Positions 39,369 to 49,007 of a DNA stretch of 64,000 nucleotides are shown in pieces. The position numbers and the translations under genes are program-made. How positions within the stretch are numbered: position 1 is the first letter of the stretch; each line of letters begins with the position of its first letter. Source of the DNA: Chloroflexota bacterium (GTDB taxonomy: Bacteria; Chloroflexota; Dehalococcoidia; GIF9; UBA5629); contig VGOP01000008.1 of assembly GCA_016875875.1 (NCBI GenBank), forward strand, positions 19,834 to 83,833. The letters are read 5' to 3'. The notes below the pieces were generated by a model that was given only the letters and a program-made list of their open reading frames with translations, was not told the DNA's origin and did not search any database.

Positions 39369-40634
39369 TCAGCTCTTGTTAATTATCTCCGTACCCATAT
39401 ATGGTTTTAGTGCCTCAGGAATTTTTATGCTGCCATCAGCTTGCTGGTAGTTCTCCAGTAGTGCTATGAACACTCGGGGCAAAGCCAGCCCCGAGCCGTT
39501 AAGTGTATGGACAAAGCTTGGCTTAGCTTTGGACTCTGGACGATAGCGAATATTTGCACGTCTGGCTTGGAAATCACCGCAATTGCTGCATGAGCTTACC
39601 TCCAGCCATTCGCCGCAGCCGAGGGCCCACATTTCGATATCGAATGATTTAACTGCGGCAAATCCCAGGTCGCCAGTACACAGCTGTACTACACGATAGG
39701 GTATGCCCAAGCGGCGGCATACATCTTCAGCATTACTCACCAACTTCTCTAGTTCCTGATCAGAGGTTTCTGGCTCAGTGAACTTGTAAAGCTCGACCTT
39801 GTCAAATTGATGACCTCTTTTGATGCCTCTGGTATCCTTGCCTGCTGCCATCTTCTCCCGACGGAAACAGGCGGTATAAGCAACATAGTAAAGAGGCAAA
39901 GTGCCCGGCGGCAGTATTTCGTCGCGATGTAAATTGGTCAAAGGCACTTCAGCGGTGGGCACAAACCAGAAGTCATCCTCTTCATCGTGGTATAGATTAT
40001 CGGCAAATTTAGGCATATTGCCTGAGCCAAACATGCATTCACGTTTCACCATGAAAGGCGGGTAAATTTCCGTGTAGCCATGTTCCTTCGTATGTAGATC
40101 AATCATGAAAGCGATGAGTGCTCTTTGTAGACGAGACCCTTGGCCTTTAAGGACATAAAAGCGACTGCCAGAAAGTTTGACACCGCGCTGGAAATCTATA
40201 ATACCTAGTTTTTCCCCTAGTTCCCAATGGGGCAATGGTGTGAAGGAAAGGTCTGCTGGCTCACCCCAGGAGCGCACCACTATGTTATCCTGTGCACCTT
40301 TGCCAACAGGGACATCAGCCGCCGGGATGTTAGGTAATCGCAGGAGGAGGTCCTCCAGTTCGGATTCAACTTGACATATTTCTGCCTCTAGGCAAGTGAT
40401 TCTTTCACCGAGTTCGCGCATATCGGCAATAAGCTGTGGTGGCTTATCTGCCATCTTGCCCAGCTGTTTGCTGACTTCATTACGCTGGGCTCGGAGTGTT
40501 TCCATCTCGTGTAGAAACTGGCGGCGTTGCTCGTCGAAGCTTAAGATTCGGTCAAGTGGAGCACTCTCACCTCGCTTGTCCATAGCCTGGCATACTAAGT
40601 CAGCATTATCGCGGATGAGTTTGATATCGATCAT
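39369..40634 (-). CDS. serS: Seryl-tRNA synthetase
   Basis: PTAEVP, CFRRE, HQFDKVE, HTLNGSGLA motifs. Confidence 0.97.
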   Translation of the reverse strand: MIDIKLIRDNADLVCQAMDKRGESAPLDRILSFDEQRRQFLHEMETLRAQRNEVSKQLGKMADKPPQLIADMRELGERITCLEAEICQVESELEDLLLRLPNIPAADVPVGKGAQDNIVVRSWGEPADLSFTPLPHWELGEKLGIIDFQRGVKLSGSRFYVLKGQGSRLQRALIAFMIDLHTKEHGYTEIYPPFMVKRECMFGSGNMPKFADNLYHDEEDDFWFVPTAEVPLTNLHRDEILPPGTLPLYYVAYTACFRREKMAAGKDTRGIKRGHQFDKVELYKFTEPETSDQELEKLVSNAEDVCRRLGIPYRVVQLCTGDLGFAAVKSFDIEMWALGCGEWLEVSSCSNCGDFQARRANIRYRPESKAKPSFVHTLNGSGLALPRVFIALLENYQQADGSIKIPEALKPYMGTEIINKS

Positions 40635-40640
40635 GATAAA

Positions 40641-42158
40641 TCAGCTTTCCTGCTGTTTTGTCTTCAGCTGGGGGAAAAGGATAATTTCACGGATGGATTG
40701 TCTATCGGCAAACAGCATTACCAAACGGTCAATACCAGTTCCTAGACCGCCAGTAGGCGGCATTCCATATTCTAGGGCTAGGAGGAAATCATCATCAATA
40801 GCTTCAACTTCTGGCTCCTCACCGGGTGGTGCTGAAGCAATCAGTTCACCGGATTGTCTCTCTCTTTGCAGGCGGAAGCGTTCTCTTTGTTCCAGTGGGT
40901 CATTAAGTTCGGTAAAAGCATTAGCTATTTCCATGCCGCCGATAAAAGCCTCAAAGCGCTCCACTAAGCGATCATTATCTCGCTTTCTTTTGGCTAGAGG
41001 TGACATCTCTACCGGATAATCTACAAGAAAGGTGGGATGCATCAGGCTAGGTTCAACAAAGGTGGAGATAAGCTCATCTATTAGCCTGCCTCTGTCCTTA
41101 TTAGGGTCAACTTCTAGCCCCAGTTGTTTCATCCTCAACCGCAGTGAATCAGCCTCGGCATAGTCCTCAAAGTCAATACCACAATGCTCTTTGATTGCTT
41201 CACGCAGGTAGATTCGACGCCACGGAGGTGTCAGGTTAATAAGTTCTTCACCGAACTTAATTTCAGTCTTGCCTACGACTTCCTTGGCAATATAGCATAT
41301 GATATCTTCAACCATTTTCATCATATCATTATAATCAGCGTAGGCTTGATAGATTTCTACCATCGTAAATTCAGGATTGTGTTTGGTAGATATGCCTTCA
41401 TTGCGAAATACACGACCGATCTCGTAAACCTTATCGAAGCCGCCTATTATTAGCCGCTTGAGATAAAGTTCCAGGGCAATGCGAAGGTATAAGTCCTGAT
41501 CCAGAGCTTGGTGGTGGGTTTTAAAACGTCGAGCTAAAGCCCCACCTGCCACTGGCTGTAATACTGGTGTTTCCACCTCAATAAATCCTTGCTCGTTTAG
41601 GAAATGCCTCAGGGCTGAGATAATCTGGCTACGCAGTTTGAAAACAGGCTTAACTTCTTCGTTGGATATTAAGTCCAGGTAACGCTGCCGGTAACGCTTC
41701 TCAACATCAACTAATCCGTGCCACTTTTCGGGCAATGGTTGAAGTGATTTGGACAGTAGTGTGAAATCGGTTACTTCCAGGGTGATTTCATTGGTCTTAG
41801 TCCGAAAAAGCTTGCCCCTGGCACCGATGATGTCACCGATATCGATTTCGTGAAGAAACTCAAATCTTTCCTTACCAAGGAGTTCATGACTAAAATAAAG
41901 TTGAATTTTGCCTGAACTATCGCGGATATCGAAGAAGGCAATTTTCCCCATAAATCGTATGGCTGTAATTCGGCCAGCGAGGCTCAATTCTGTACTGGAG
42001 GTGGTCTGCGGGCTCGATTCTATTTGCCCATAAAGAGCCACTGCTTCCTGGTTAGTGTGGCTACGGTGATAGGAATGAGGATACGGATTTACTCCTTGCC
42101 CCCGAATTTTTTCTAGCTTTTCCAGGCGCTGTTGGGCAATGTGCTTTAATCTTGCCAT
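40641..42158 (-). CDS. lysS: Lysyl-tRNA synthetase class II
   Basis: RYRQRYLDL, FRNEG, HNPEFT, YGMPPTGG motifs. Confidence 0.97.
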   Translation of the reverse strand: MARLKHIAQQRLEKLEKIRGQGVNPYPHSYHRSHTNQEAVALYGQIESSPQTTSSTELSLAGRITAIRFMGKIAFFDIRDSSGKIQLYFSHELLGKERFEFLHEIDIGDIIGARGKLFRTKTNEITLEVTDFTLLSKSLQPLPEKWHGLVDVEKRYRQRYLDLISNEEVKPVFKLRSQIISALRHFLNEQGFIEVETPVLQPVAGGALARRFKTHHQALDQDLYLRIALELYLKRLIIGGFDKVYEIGRVFRNEGISTKHNPEFTMVEIYQAYADYNDMMKMVEDIICYIAKEVVGKTEIKFGEELINLTPPWRRIYLREAIKEHCGIDFEDYAEADSLRLRMKQLGLEVDPNKDRGRLIDELISTFVEPSLMHPTFLVDYPVEMSPLAKRKRDNDRLVERFEAFIGGMEIANAFTELNDPLEQRERFRLQRERQSGELIASAPPGEEPEVEAIDDDFLLALEYGMPPTGGLGTGIDRLVMLFADRQSIREIILFPQLKTKQQES

Positions 42159-42207
42159 AATACTTAGTATCCCATGAAAAATAAGGTCTTCTCATGGGGG
42201 CAAATAG

Positions 42208-42675
42208 TCAACTTACGTCCATTATCAGGAGCTTAAGTACTCCAGCCGGGGTTGTTACCTCAACTTCATCGCCGATTTTTCTACCCAGCAGAGCTTTTCC
42301 TACCGGTGATTCGTTGGAAATTTTACCTTCCACAGGATTAGCTTCAGCACTACCTACAATAACAAATTGCTCTATCTTGCCATCCTGGTTTTGGATGAGC
42401 ACCTTATCACCCACTTCTACTACGCCTGGCAAGGCTGGCGACTCTATAACTGTAGCATTCTTGACGGTATTTTCCAGCATGAGTATTCTACCCTCGACAA
42501 AAGCCTGGTCATTCTTGGCATCTTCATACTCAGCGTTGTTCTCCGTGCCTCCCATTTCTCGGGCGCGCTTAATCTTGCTAGCTATCTCCTGTCTTCGCAC
42601 TGAAAGCAGGTGCTCCAGCTCAGATTGGAGTTTAGCTAAGCCCTCTTTGGTGATAAGGATTTTCTTTTGACCCAT
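42208..42675 (-). CDS. greA: Transcription elongation factor GreA
   Basis: ENNAEY..AK and IS.ESP.G.ALLG motifs. Confidence 0.93.
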   Translation of the reverse strand: MGQKKILITKEGLAKLQSELEHLLSVRRQEIASKIKRAREMGGTENNAEYEDAKNDQAFVEGRILMLENTVKNATVIESPALPGVVEVGDKVLIQNQDGKIEQFVIVGSAEANPVEGKISNESPVGKALLGRKIGDEVEVTTPAGVLKLLIMDVS

Positions 42676-42836
42676 ATGATGTCTCCTGTATCAGAAGCTA
42701 GTAAAAAAACTGAGAGTTGGAAAACCCTCAGTTGACGTTGAAGTTTGACACATATTATAGGCTGCTTTGGCTTGGTTGTAAAGAGCGCCGCAAGGTAATA
42801 TAATTGCAAAGTTCTTATTCAGGTTCAGGAGATAAT

Positions 42837-43895
42837 GTGGTTGCTCTATATATAACGTCCATGGCAGCTGCCGGGAAAACAGCCTTGTGCGCTGGCATTG
42901 GTAAAAAGTTGCTTGACCGAGGGGTGAAGGTGGGCTTTCTTACGCCAGTCCAGATCTTTGAAACCAGCGGCACCGATGGTTGTGAAGATGCCATTTTCAT
43001 CAAGGAAATCTTCGAGTTGACAGAATCTAGTGAGCTGCTTTGCCCTATTCGCTCGTCCCAGCGTGAATTGTTGCGAAGCTTGACCGATGAGGTAGCAGAT
43101 TTCACGCAGAGGCTTAAGCAGGCATATCGTAAGATATCACGGGATAAAAATATAGTCATAATGGAGGGAGTTGGCAACTTGGGCATAGATAAAGTCTCTA
43201 CTCTTGCGTGCTACACGATTGCTGAGACCTTAGAGGCTAGGGTGATTATTGTGCTCCGTTATTCCTCAACTTTAGATGTGTCGAAGATTGCGCAGATAGG
43301 TAAGAGGTTAGGGCAACGGTTGCTGGGGATTATTATTAACTTTGTGCCGAAGTCCAAAATGGAAACTGCGAGACAGAACTTGACAGCCTCGTTTCAGAAG
43401 GCTGGGATAAAGGTGTTGGGCATACTCCCTGAGGTTCGGAGCTTGCTTGGCGTAAGTATTGGAGAGTTGGTCAAAATTCTAGAAGGGGAGCTCTTGACTT
43501 TTCCGGAGAATAATGATGAGATAGTAGAAAATATACTGGTGGGGGCCATGACTCTTGACTCTGGGATAGACTATTTCAATCGTAAGCAAAACAAAGCTGC
43601 GGTGATTCGCGGCGAACGTTCTGATATGCAGCTGGCTGCTTTAGAAACATCAACCAAATGCCTCATTCTTACTAACAATCTAAAGCCTTCGCGCCCTGTT
43701 ATCTCTCAGGCTGAGGAAAAGCATGTGCCGATAATTGTGGTGAAGCAGGATACCCCTGCTGCTATAGCCTGCATCGAGGAAGCTTTAACCAAAGCTAGCT
43801 TCCGCAGCCCTCGAAAACTAGATACGTTTGGTAATGTTTTAGATTGCTATTTTGATTTTAAAGCTCTTTATTCAGAGCTTGGCCTGGAAGCTTAA
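42837..43895 (+). CDS. Phosphotransacetylase-family N-terminal (BioD-like + DRTGG) protein
   Basis: GKT P-loop, MEG, VGAM, GERSD.QLAALE motifs. Confidence 0.85.
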   Translation: MVALYITSMAAAGKTALCAGIGKKLLDRGVKVGFLTPVQIFETSGTDGCEDAIFIKEIFELTESSELLCPIRSSQRELLRSLTDEVADFTQRLKQAYRKISRDKNIVIMEGVGNLGIDKVSTLACYTIAETLEARVIIVLRYSSTLDVSKIAQIGKRLGQRLLGIIINFVPKSKMETARQNLTASFQKAGIKVLGILPEVRSLLGVSIGELVKILEGELLTFPENNDEIVENILVGAMTLDSGIDYFNRKQNKAAVIRGERSDMQLAALETSTKCLILTNNLKPSRPVISQAEEKHVPIIVVKQDTPAAIACIEEALTKASFRSPRKLDTFGNVLDCYFDFKALYSELGLEA

Positions 43896-44127
43896 TGTCC
43901 TCGTTTTCCACAACGGCCAAAATTTCTCTGGCGTGTTGAGCCAAAGAAGATGGTACCTGTATTTCTACCTGACCTAAGCCGTCAAAAGTGAGGCCATAAA
44001 TAAGTCCAGCGGTCTCATAGCGAAGCATAGCTGGAACACCTTCGCTTTCAAGGCGCCCCTTTACAATTTCTGCCTCTAGTTTTCCACTAGCAATGTAGAC
44101 TGTGGTGAGCCCAGTCTCTTTAGACAA
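43858..44127 (-). CDS. DUF2007-family protein
   Basis: EAEIVKGRLESEG.P..V.V....A..ARE.L pattern. Confidence 0.8.
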   Translation of the reverse strand: MSKETGLTTVYIASGKLEAEIVKGRLESEGVPAMLRYETAGLIYGLTFDGLGQVEIQVPSSLAQHAREILAVVENEDIKLPGQALNKEL

Positions 44128-44276
44128 AATCGTTCCTCTTGCCTACGGAAATAAACAACAGTGTGTCTCGGCTAAGGTTGGTGAAGCAGGGAAACCGCCA
44201 GGATTAGGATCGCAAAGTTAACTCCGCATGGAGTTGCAAAACATGTACCATGACACGGCACACGTATGCAACAGAA

Positions 44277-44312
44277 ACCCTGACCGAGGATTAACCCTAT
44301 CCTCGGCCAGGG
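44277..44312 (-). terminator. Hairpin downstream of the Cys-rich gene
   Basis: CCCTG(A)CCGAGGAT..ATCCTCGG(C)CAGGG stem; short T run on the minus strand. Confidence 0.55.
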
Positions 44313-44363
44313 ATCCACTATCTAAAATTTTACTTCTCTGAAAGATACTTCTCTATAACAGTT

Positions 44364-45065
44364 TTAATTCGGTGCGCATTTGTCGCCGTACGGACGCGCG
44401 AAGCAGTTATCCTGCAGAGCCCATGTGAGTGCACAGCATTCAGTGTGCGGGGCGGCGGTAACTCCCCAGTCACCACCTTTGTTGCCACCATAGCATTCGC
44501 TGACTCCGAAGTGGTTGAGGTGTTCATTGTTTAACCTCGGATGAGTACCAATGTCAGCAGCACCCCAACTCTTGTTGGCGAAAGCCAAGCTAACCCCCCA
44601 ACAGCAGCAGCAGGTCGGCAAGAAGTTCTCTATAACTGAGTCCTCAGGGCATGTAGGCTCTTTTTGAGGTGTTACTTTACAGGCGGTCCCCGACAGGGAG
44701 TCTTGACACGCGGCCGGGTCATCACAAGTTGCCGTGGCTCCTTGTTCTACCTGTCGGCAGGCAGGACAACCAGCAGTGGCTCCGCAGTCCTTGCCGGGAC
44801 AGCTCGTAGGTGTACCAACTTCGGCGCACATGGCCTTAGTACCACATAGACCTCTCAACCGTGACATGGCTTGGATTGGAGTTCTGCCCCAGTTCATCAA
44901 ATACAGGTAATACGAGGGTTCATTGTCGTACCACTTCGGTAGTGGCTCCTGTTTGCAGTTTTGCAGCCCCCCCAATTCATCACCATCTGCGGCCTGTACG
45001 ACAGCTGGCACCAGCACCAAGGATACTGCCAACACAAAAGCAAACAAAATACTGACGATTCTCAA
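44364..45065 (-). CDS. Secreted cysteine-rich protein of unknown function
   Basis: GGAGGTG SD, signal peptide ending VQA, 20 Cys including CCCC. Confidence 0.75.
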   Translation of the reverse strand: MRIVSILFAFVLAVSLVLVPAVVQAADGDELGGLQNCKQEPLPKWYDNEPSYYLYLMNWGRTPIQAMSRLRGLCGTKAMCAEVGTPTSCPGKDCGATAGCPACRQVEQGATATCDDPAACQDSLSGTACKVTPQKEPTCPEDSVIENFLPTCCCCWGVSLAFANKSWGAADIGTHPRLNNEHLNHFGVSECYGGNKGGDWGVTAAPHTECCALTWALQDNCFARPYGDKCAPN

Positions 45066-45276
45066 ATTGTCACCTCCATTCTAAGTTTTGCGTTCAAAGG
45101 TTCGACCACCCTTTGCCAAACGATTTTACAGGGTCAAAACGCTTTTGTCAATAGGCTTACGGGGGTCTTGAAAATCATTTTTGCAAAATATACAATTACA
45201 CCTTGCTGCAGTTGATTCTGCAGCAGATTGGAGGTGAGAACCTCATCAATTAAGAATCTAAAGGAGGGACGGTGAT

Positions 45277-45654
45277 TTGAATGCTCTCGGAAGACACTTA
45301 CTACTAGAACTGAAAGATTGCAACGTGGAGGTGCTTAATGACTTAGAGTTTCTTAAGCGTTGTCTCAATGATGCTGCTGAGCAAATTGGAGCTACCGTAG
45401 TTAATGAGTGTTTCCATGAATTTAGCCCTCACGGTATAAGCGGCGTGTTAGTCATCTCTGAATCTCATCTGTGCATTCATACTTGGCCGGAACACGGCTA
45501 TGCCGCTGTAGACATTTTTACTTGTGGGGATTCTGTCAAGCCTGAGCTAGCTGTAAAGCCACTTGTGGAGAAGCTGAGCTCGAAGAATCCCTCTTTTATT
45601 GAGTTTAGAAGGGGCATCTTAAAAAATAATCGAGTTGGCTGTGAGCTGAAATGA
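45277..45654 (+). CDS. speD: S-adenosylmethionine decarboxylase proenzyme
   Basis: ESH cleavage site, HTWPE, DIFTCG. Confidence 0.93.
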   Translation: MNALGRHLLLELKDCNVEVLNDLEFLKRCLNDAAEQIGATVVNECFHEFSPHGISGVLVISESHLCIHTWPEHGYAAVDIFTCGDSVKPELAVKPLVEKLSSKNPSFIEFRRGILKNNRVGCELK

Positions 45655-46577
45655 ACGACCCAGATAATCCTGATAAACGTAAATGGCTATATGACGAGGT
45701 CAGTCCTGACCTTGCCCAGCTCCATAGGATTAAAAAGGTAATATATTCAGGACGAACCGAATTTCAGTCTATAGAAATTGTTGATACTGAAAGCTTTGGC
45801 GTTTGCCTTGTGCTTGATGGTAAGATTCAATCCAGTGCGCGGGATGAATTCATCTATCATGAAGCACTGGTTCATCCGGCGATGATTAGCCATGCGTGCC
45901 CTGAGACGGTTTTTATTGCTGGAGGCGGTGAAGGAGCTACTCTACGCGAGGTGCTGGCTCATAAGACTGTAAAAAAAGTAGTTATGGTGGATATTGACAG
46001 GCAGGTTATAGACATCTGCCGTCGTTATCTATCTTTTTTTCATCAAGGCTCTTTTGATGATTCTCGTTTGGAGCTTTGCTTCGCAGATGCCAGAGGTTAC
46101 TTACAGGAGACTAATAATAGGTTCGACGTTTTGATAATCGACTTGGTTGAGCCCCTGGAAGAGGGGCCAGCTTGTTTACTATATACTCAGGAGTTTTATC
46201 AGCTAGTTAAAGAAAGACTGAATCCAGATGGAATCGTGTCTATACAGTCCGGAGCTTCCGGATGGACTAACTTACAAAATTTCACCGCAATCGTTAACAC
46301 TTTGAAAAGCGTTTTTGATATAGTCTGCCCGTATCAAGCTTATGTTCCTTCCTTCGTTGACCTGTGGGGATTCACTACAACGTCACAAAGTATCAACCCC
46401 ACGGAATTATTACTTAAGGAGGTAGACCGTAGGATTGCGGCTCGCCTGTCGAGGAAGCCAAAATCATACGATGGTCTGACTCACCAATCTTTATTCATCC
46501 TGCCCAGGCACATCCGCCACCAGCTAGCCATTACAAAACAAATCATTACTGACAAGAAACCTGTTTTTGTCCATTGA
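45651..46577 (+). CDS. speE: Polyamine aminopropyltransferase
   Basis: LDG..Q, DEFIYHEALVHP, GGGEGATLRE motifs. Confidence 0.93.
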   Translation: MNDPDNPDKRKWLYDEVSPDLAQLHRIKKVIYSGRTEFQSIEIVDTESFGVCLVLDGKIQSSARDEFIYHEALVHPAMISHACPETVFIAGGGEGATLREVLAHKTVKKVVMVDIDRQVIDICRRYLSFFHQGSFDDSRLELCFADARGYLQETNNRFDVLIIDLVEPLEEGPACLLYTQEFYQLVKERLNPDGIVSIQSGASGWTNLQNFTAIVNTLKSVFDIVCPYQAYVPSFVDLWGFTTTSQSINPTELLLKEVDRRIAARLSRKPKSYDGLTHQSLFILPRHIRHQLAITKQIITDKKPVFVH

Positions 46578-46603
46578 GGTTGTGATAGACCGAGTCTTAA
46601 GTT

Positions 46604-47119
46604 CTATTTTCCTTTCAGTTTAGGTGGGCGATGGATTTCCATGAGGATAAAGGTGTAGTCCCCTTGGGTGAGCTGCCCGCAGGGGGAAAAACCGCATTTT
46701 CTAAAGGATTTCTGTGCCCGAATGTTCCAATTCAAGGTCTTGAGGTAGACCCTTTTTAGGTTAGTTTGCGAAAAAAAGTGATTAAGTGAGGTGAGCATGA
46801 CATCAGCCCCATAGCCGCGGTTCCAATATGCCCGGTCACCAATCAAGATGCCCATCTCAGACTCCTTTTTGGTTTCATCTATATTAAAATAGCTGCAATT
46901 ACCAATATGTTTGCCGTCCAGAGTTTCAATGGCGAAACGATAGCTTCTACTTGGGTGGTGTAATTCTTCAACGTAGTTTTCTAAGAATTCTTCAAAAGAA
47001 CATAATATAGGAGTAGCAGCATCAAGACAGCAAAGCTCAGCATCTCGCCGCCAGCTATAGTCATTGACAGCATCCTGTAAGCGCTTTGGCCGTAGCTTAA
47101 CTTTGCTGCCAGTTAACAC
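46604..47119 (-). CDS. RimJ/RimL-type GNAT acetyltransferase
   Basis: IG...YWNRGYG and N.RA...F.KCGF motifs; start placed at GTG after the upstream stop. Confidence 0.85.
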   Translation of the reverse strand: MLTGSKVKLRPKRLQDAVNDYSWRRDAELCCLDAATPILCSFEEFLENYVEELHHPSRSYRFAIETLDGKHIGNCSYFNIDETKKESEMGILIGDRAYWNRGYGADVMLTSLNHFFSQTNLKRVYLKTLNWNIRAQKSFRKCGFSPCGQLTQGDYTFILMEIHRPPKLKGK

Positions 47120-47130
47120 TGGTGTCCCGG

Positions 47131-48063
47131 TTAAGGCTGGAAAGATAGAGGTTCTTCGCAAAGGCGTATCCCCCTCAAGGCTGATTTGGCTGCCTCACGG
47201 ATTCTAGGTTGAGGGTTTTTCACTAACTTGTTCAAGGCTTGCTTAGATTGCTCGCTACCTATTTCACCTAATGCTTTTATGGCTGCCTCTTGAATCTGGT
47301 AATCTTCATCTTTGATCAACTTTAGGAGGTGAGGTACAGCCTCTTCAGCACCAAGTTCGCCGCAGGCATTAGCAGCTTCGTAACGTATCTCAGCTTCATC
47401 ACTGTTCAACTCAGTCAGCAAAGTAATCAGCCATGCTGAATCACAATTGCGTCCCATTGCATATATAGCACTAGTTTTTAGCTTAATATCGGTAGCATGA
47501 TAGGCTTTTTCTATAAGTTCTTTAACTCGAGGCAAATTAAATGGAGAAATGGCCTCTAAAGCTCGACGCTTTACTCCGGCGGATTCGGTCTTGTTGTCTA
47601 GAACCTCCAACAAAGCAGTATATACCTTGTCTCTGTAGTGGGTAGGAAGTCCCCCTAGTTCACCTAAAAGGACAAATTTGCCAAGGGCTACGGCCGCTGC
47701 CGCCCGTACTTCAGCAGAGCTATCTTCCTTCAAAGAGTGCAATAGCGGAGTGATAAGGCGGTAATTTTCTTCTCCGTCTAAACCAGCGATTGCTTGTGTT
47801 CTGACTGTTTCATCAGAGTCGTGGAGAAATAAGACAAAGACGCTACTGAAATCGAGCTTAAAGTCAATCTCACTAAGGTGCACAAGCTGAAAAATAACTT
47901 CATTTCGTCGTGATGCCTCCGCATTTGTCCAGATTTTTTCTAGGAATTTCAGCTCTTCACTATTGAGGTCGGACAAGTAGACCAGTTTAGAGCTGGACAC
48001 AGGCTTGCTTGAATCGAATATTTCCGCTATGTGCTGCATCCGGGGGGATAATTCCGCTGCCAT
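47131..48063 (-). CDS. HEAT-repeat protein
   Basis: Repeated VR..AA.ALG units. Confidence 0.88.
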   Translation of the reverse strand: MAAELSPRMQHIAEIFDSSKPVSSSKLVYLSDLNSEELKFLEKIWTNAEASRRNEVIFQLVHLSEIDFKLDFSSVFVLFLHDSDETVRTQAIAGLDGEENYRLITPLLHSLKEDSSAEVRAAAAVALGKFVLLGELGGLPTHYRDKVYTALLEVLDNKTESAGVKRRALEAISPFNLPRVKELIEKAYHATDIKLKTSAIYAMGRNCDSAWLITLLTELNSDEAEIRYEAANACGELGAEEAVPHLLKLIKDEDYQIQEAAIKALGEIGSEQSKQALNKLVKNPQPRIREAAKSALRGIRLCEEPLSFQP

Positions 48064-48903
48064 CTATTCGTTTTCCTCTTCATCTCCATTCTCATTGTCC
48101 TCTTCTTCCTCTTCTTCTACCTCTTCCATATCCTCTTCTGGTGGCCACACAGGTTTGGTATAACGGTCAATGAACTCCCCCATAGCTTCAGCAGCCAGTT
48201 TCTTCATCTCCTCGTCTGATTCTCTAGCCAGTTTGGCAAGTTCAGATAAATTGATGCCAATATCTAGTATCTTGGTAAGGATATCAAGCACCGCCAGAGA
48301 GGCTTTCGGATTGGGTATTCGAGTAGTGTACATAGGCACCTCGCCCAATAGACAGACACCTTCAAACCCCCTCTCTTTGGCTACTCCCAGGAATAAGCCA
48401 TTGAGTCCAGCGATTTGAATGTCGCCGCGAAGAATGACGTCATATTTTCTTAACACCCCGAGAAGTTTTTGGTTTGTGGCGGCTCCCCAGACCCTTGGTT
48501 TTTCAGTGTGGTGAATTCGGGCAATAGCTGCAGCACAGGTATACACCCTTTTGACTTTGAGTTTTTGACTAACGTCTAGGACACAACTAGCCAGTTCGTA
48601 ACCCTTGAAGCTAGGTTGCTCATCGCTGATAAACAGGATTAAATCTCTGTCGGAGTTGGGATTGTGCCAATAATAGAATTTACTTTCTGGGAATCGAGGA
48701 GCTTCTATTATGTTGCCTTTTACCATAATGCCGATAGGGTCAAAGAAATCGAAGGGCTCGATTTCTCCAATCTCCTCAGCGTTTAGCTTGTCTTTAACAT
48801 ACTTGGCGATTATAAGTGCTACGTTCCCGATTCCGGGCCAAGCCGCGATCAGGTCACATGCCTTAAGACGTGGTTCTTTATAAAGCTTAACTGCGCTTTT
48901 CAC
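48064..48903 (-). CDS. PAC2-family (proteasome assembly chaperone-like) protein
   Basis: WPGIGNVA, I.GLNG, CLLGE, PNPKAS motifs; acidic tail. Confidence 0.85.
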   Translation of the reverse strand: MKSAVKLYKEPRLKACDLIAAWPGIGNVALIIAKYVKDKLNAEEIGEIEPFDFFDPIGIMVKGNIIEAPRFPESKFYYWHNPNSDRDLILFISDEQPSFKGYELASCVLDVSQKLKVKRVYTCAAAIARIHHTEKPRVWGAATNQKLLGVLRKYDVILRGDIQIAGLNGLFLGVAKERGFEGVCLLGEVPMYTTRIPNPKASLAVLDILTKILDIGINLSELAKLARESDEEMKKLAAEAMGEFIDRYTKPVWPPEEDMEEVEEEEEEDNENGDEEENE

Positions 48904-49007
48904 GGTTGCTTTACCTTTTCTCCTCTTAAGATTGTTCAGTTTTGATTTCCCACCAAGCCTTTAGTTTTGCAGTGATAGAGCTTCAGATCTGTCACTACAT
49001 TTTTAAG

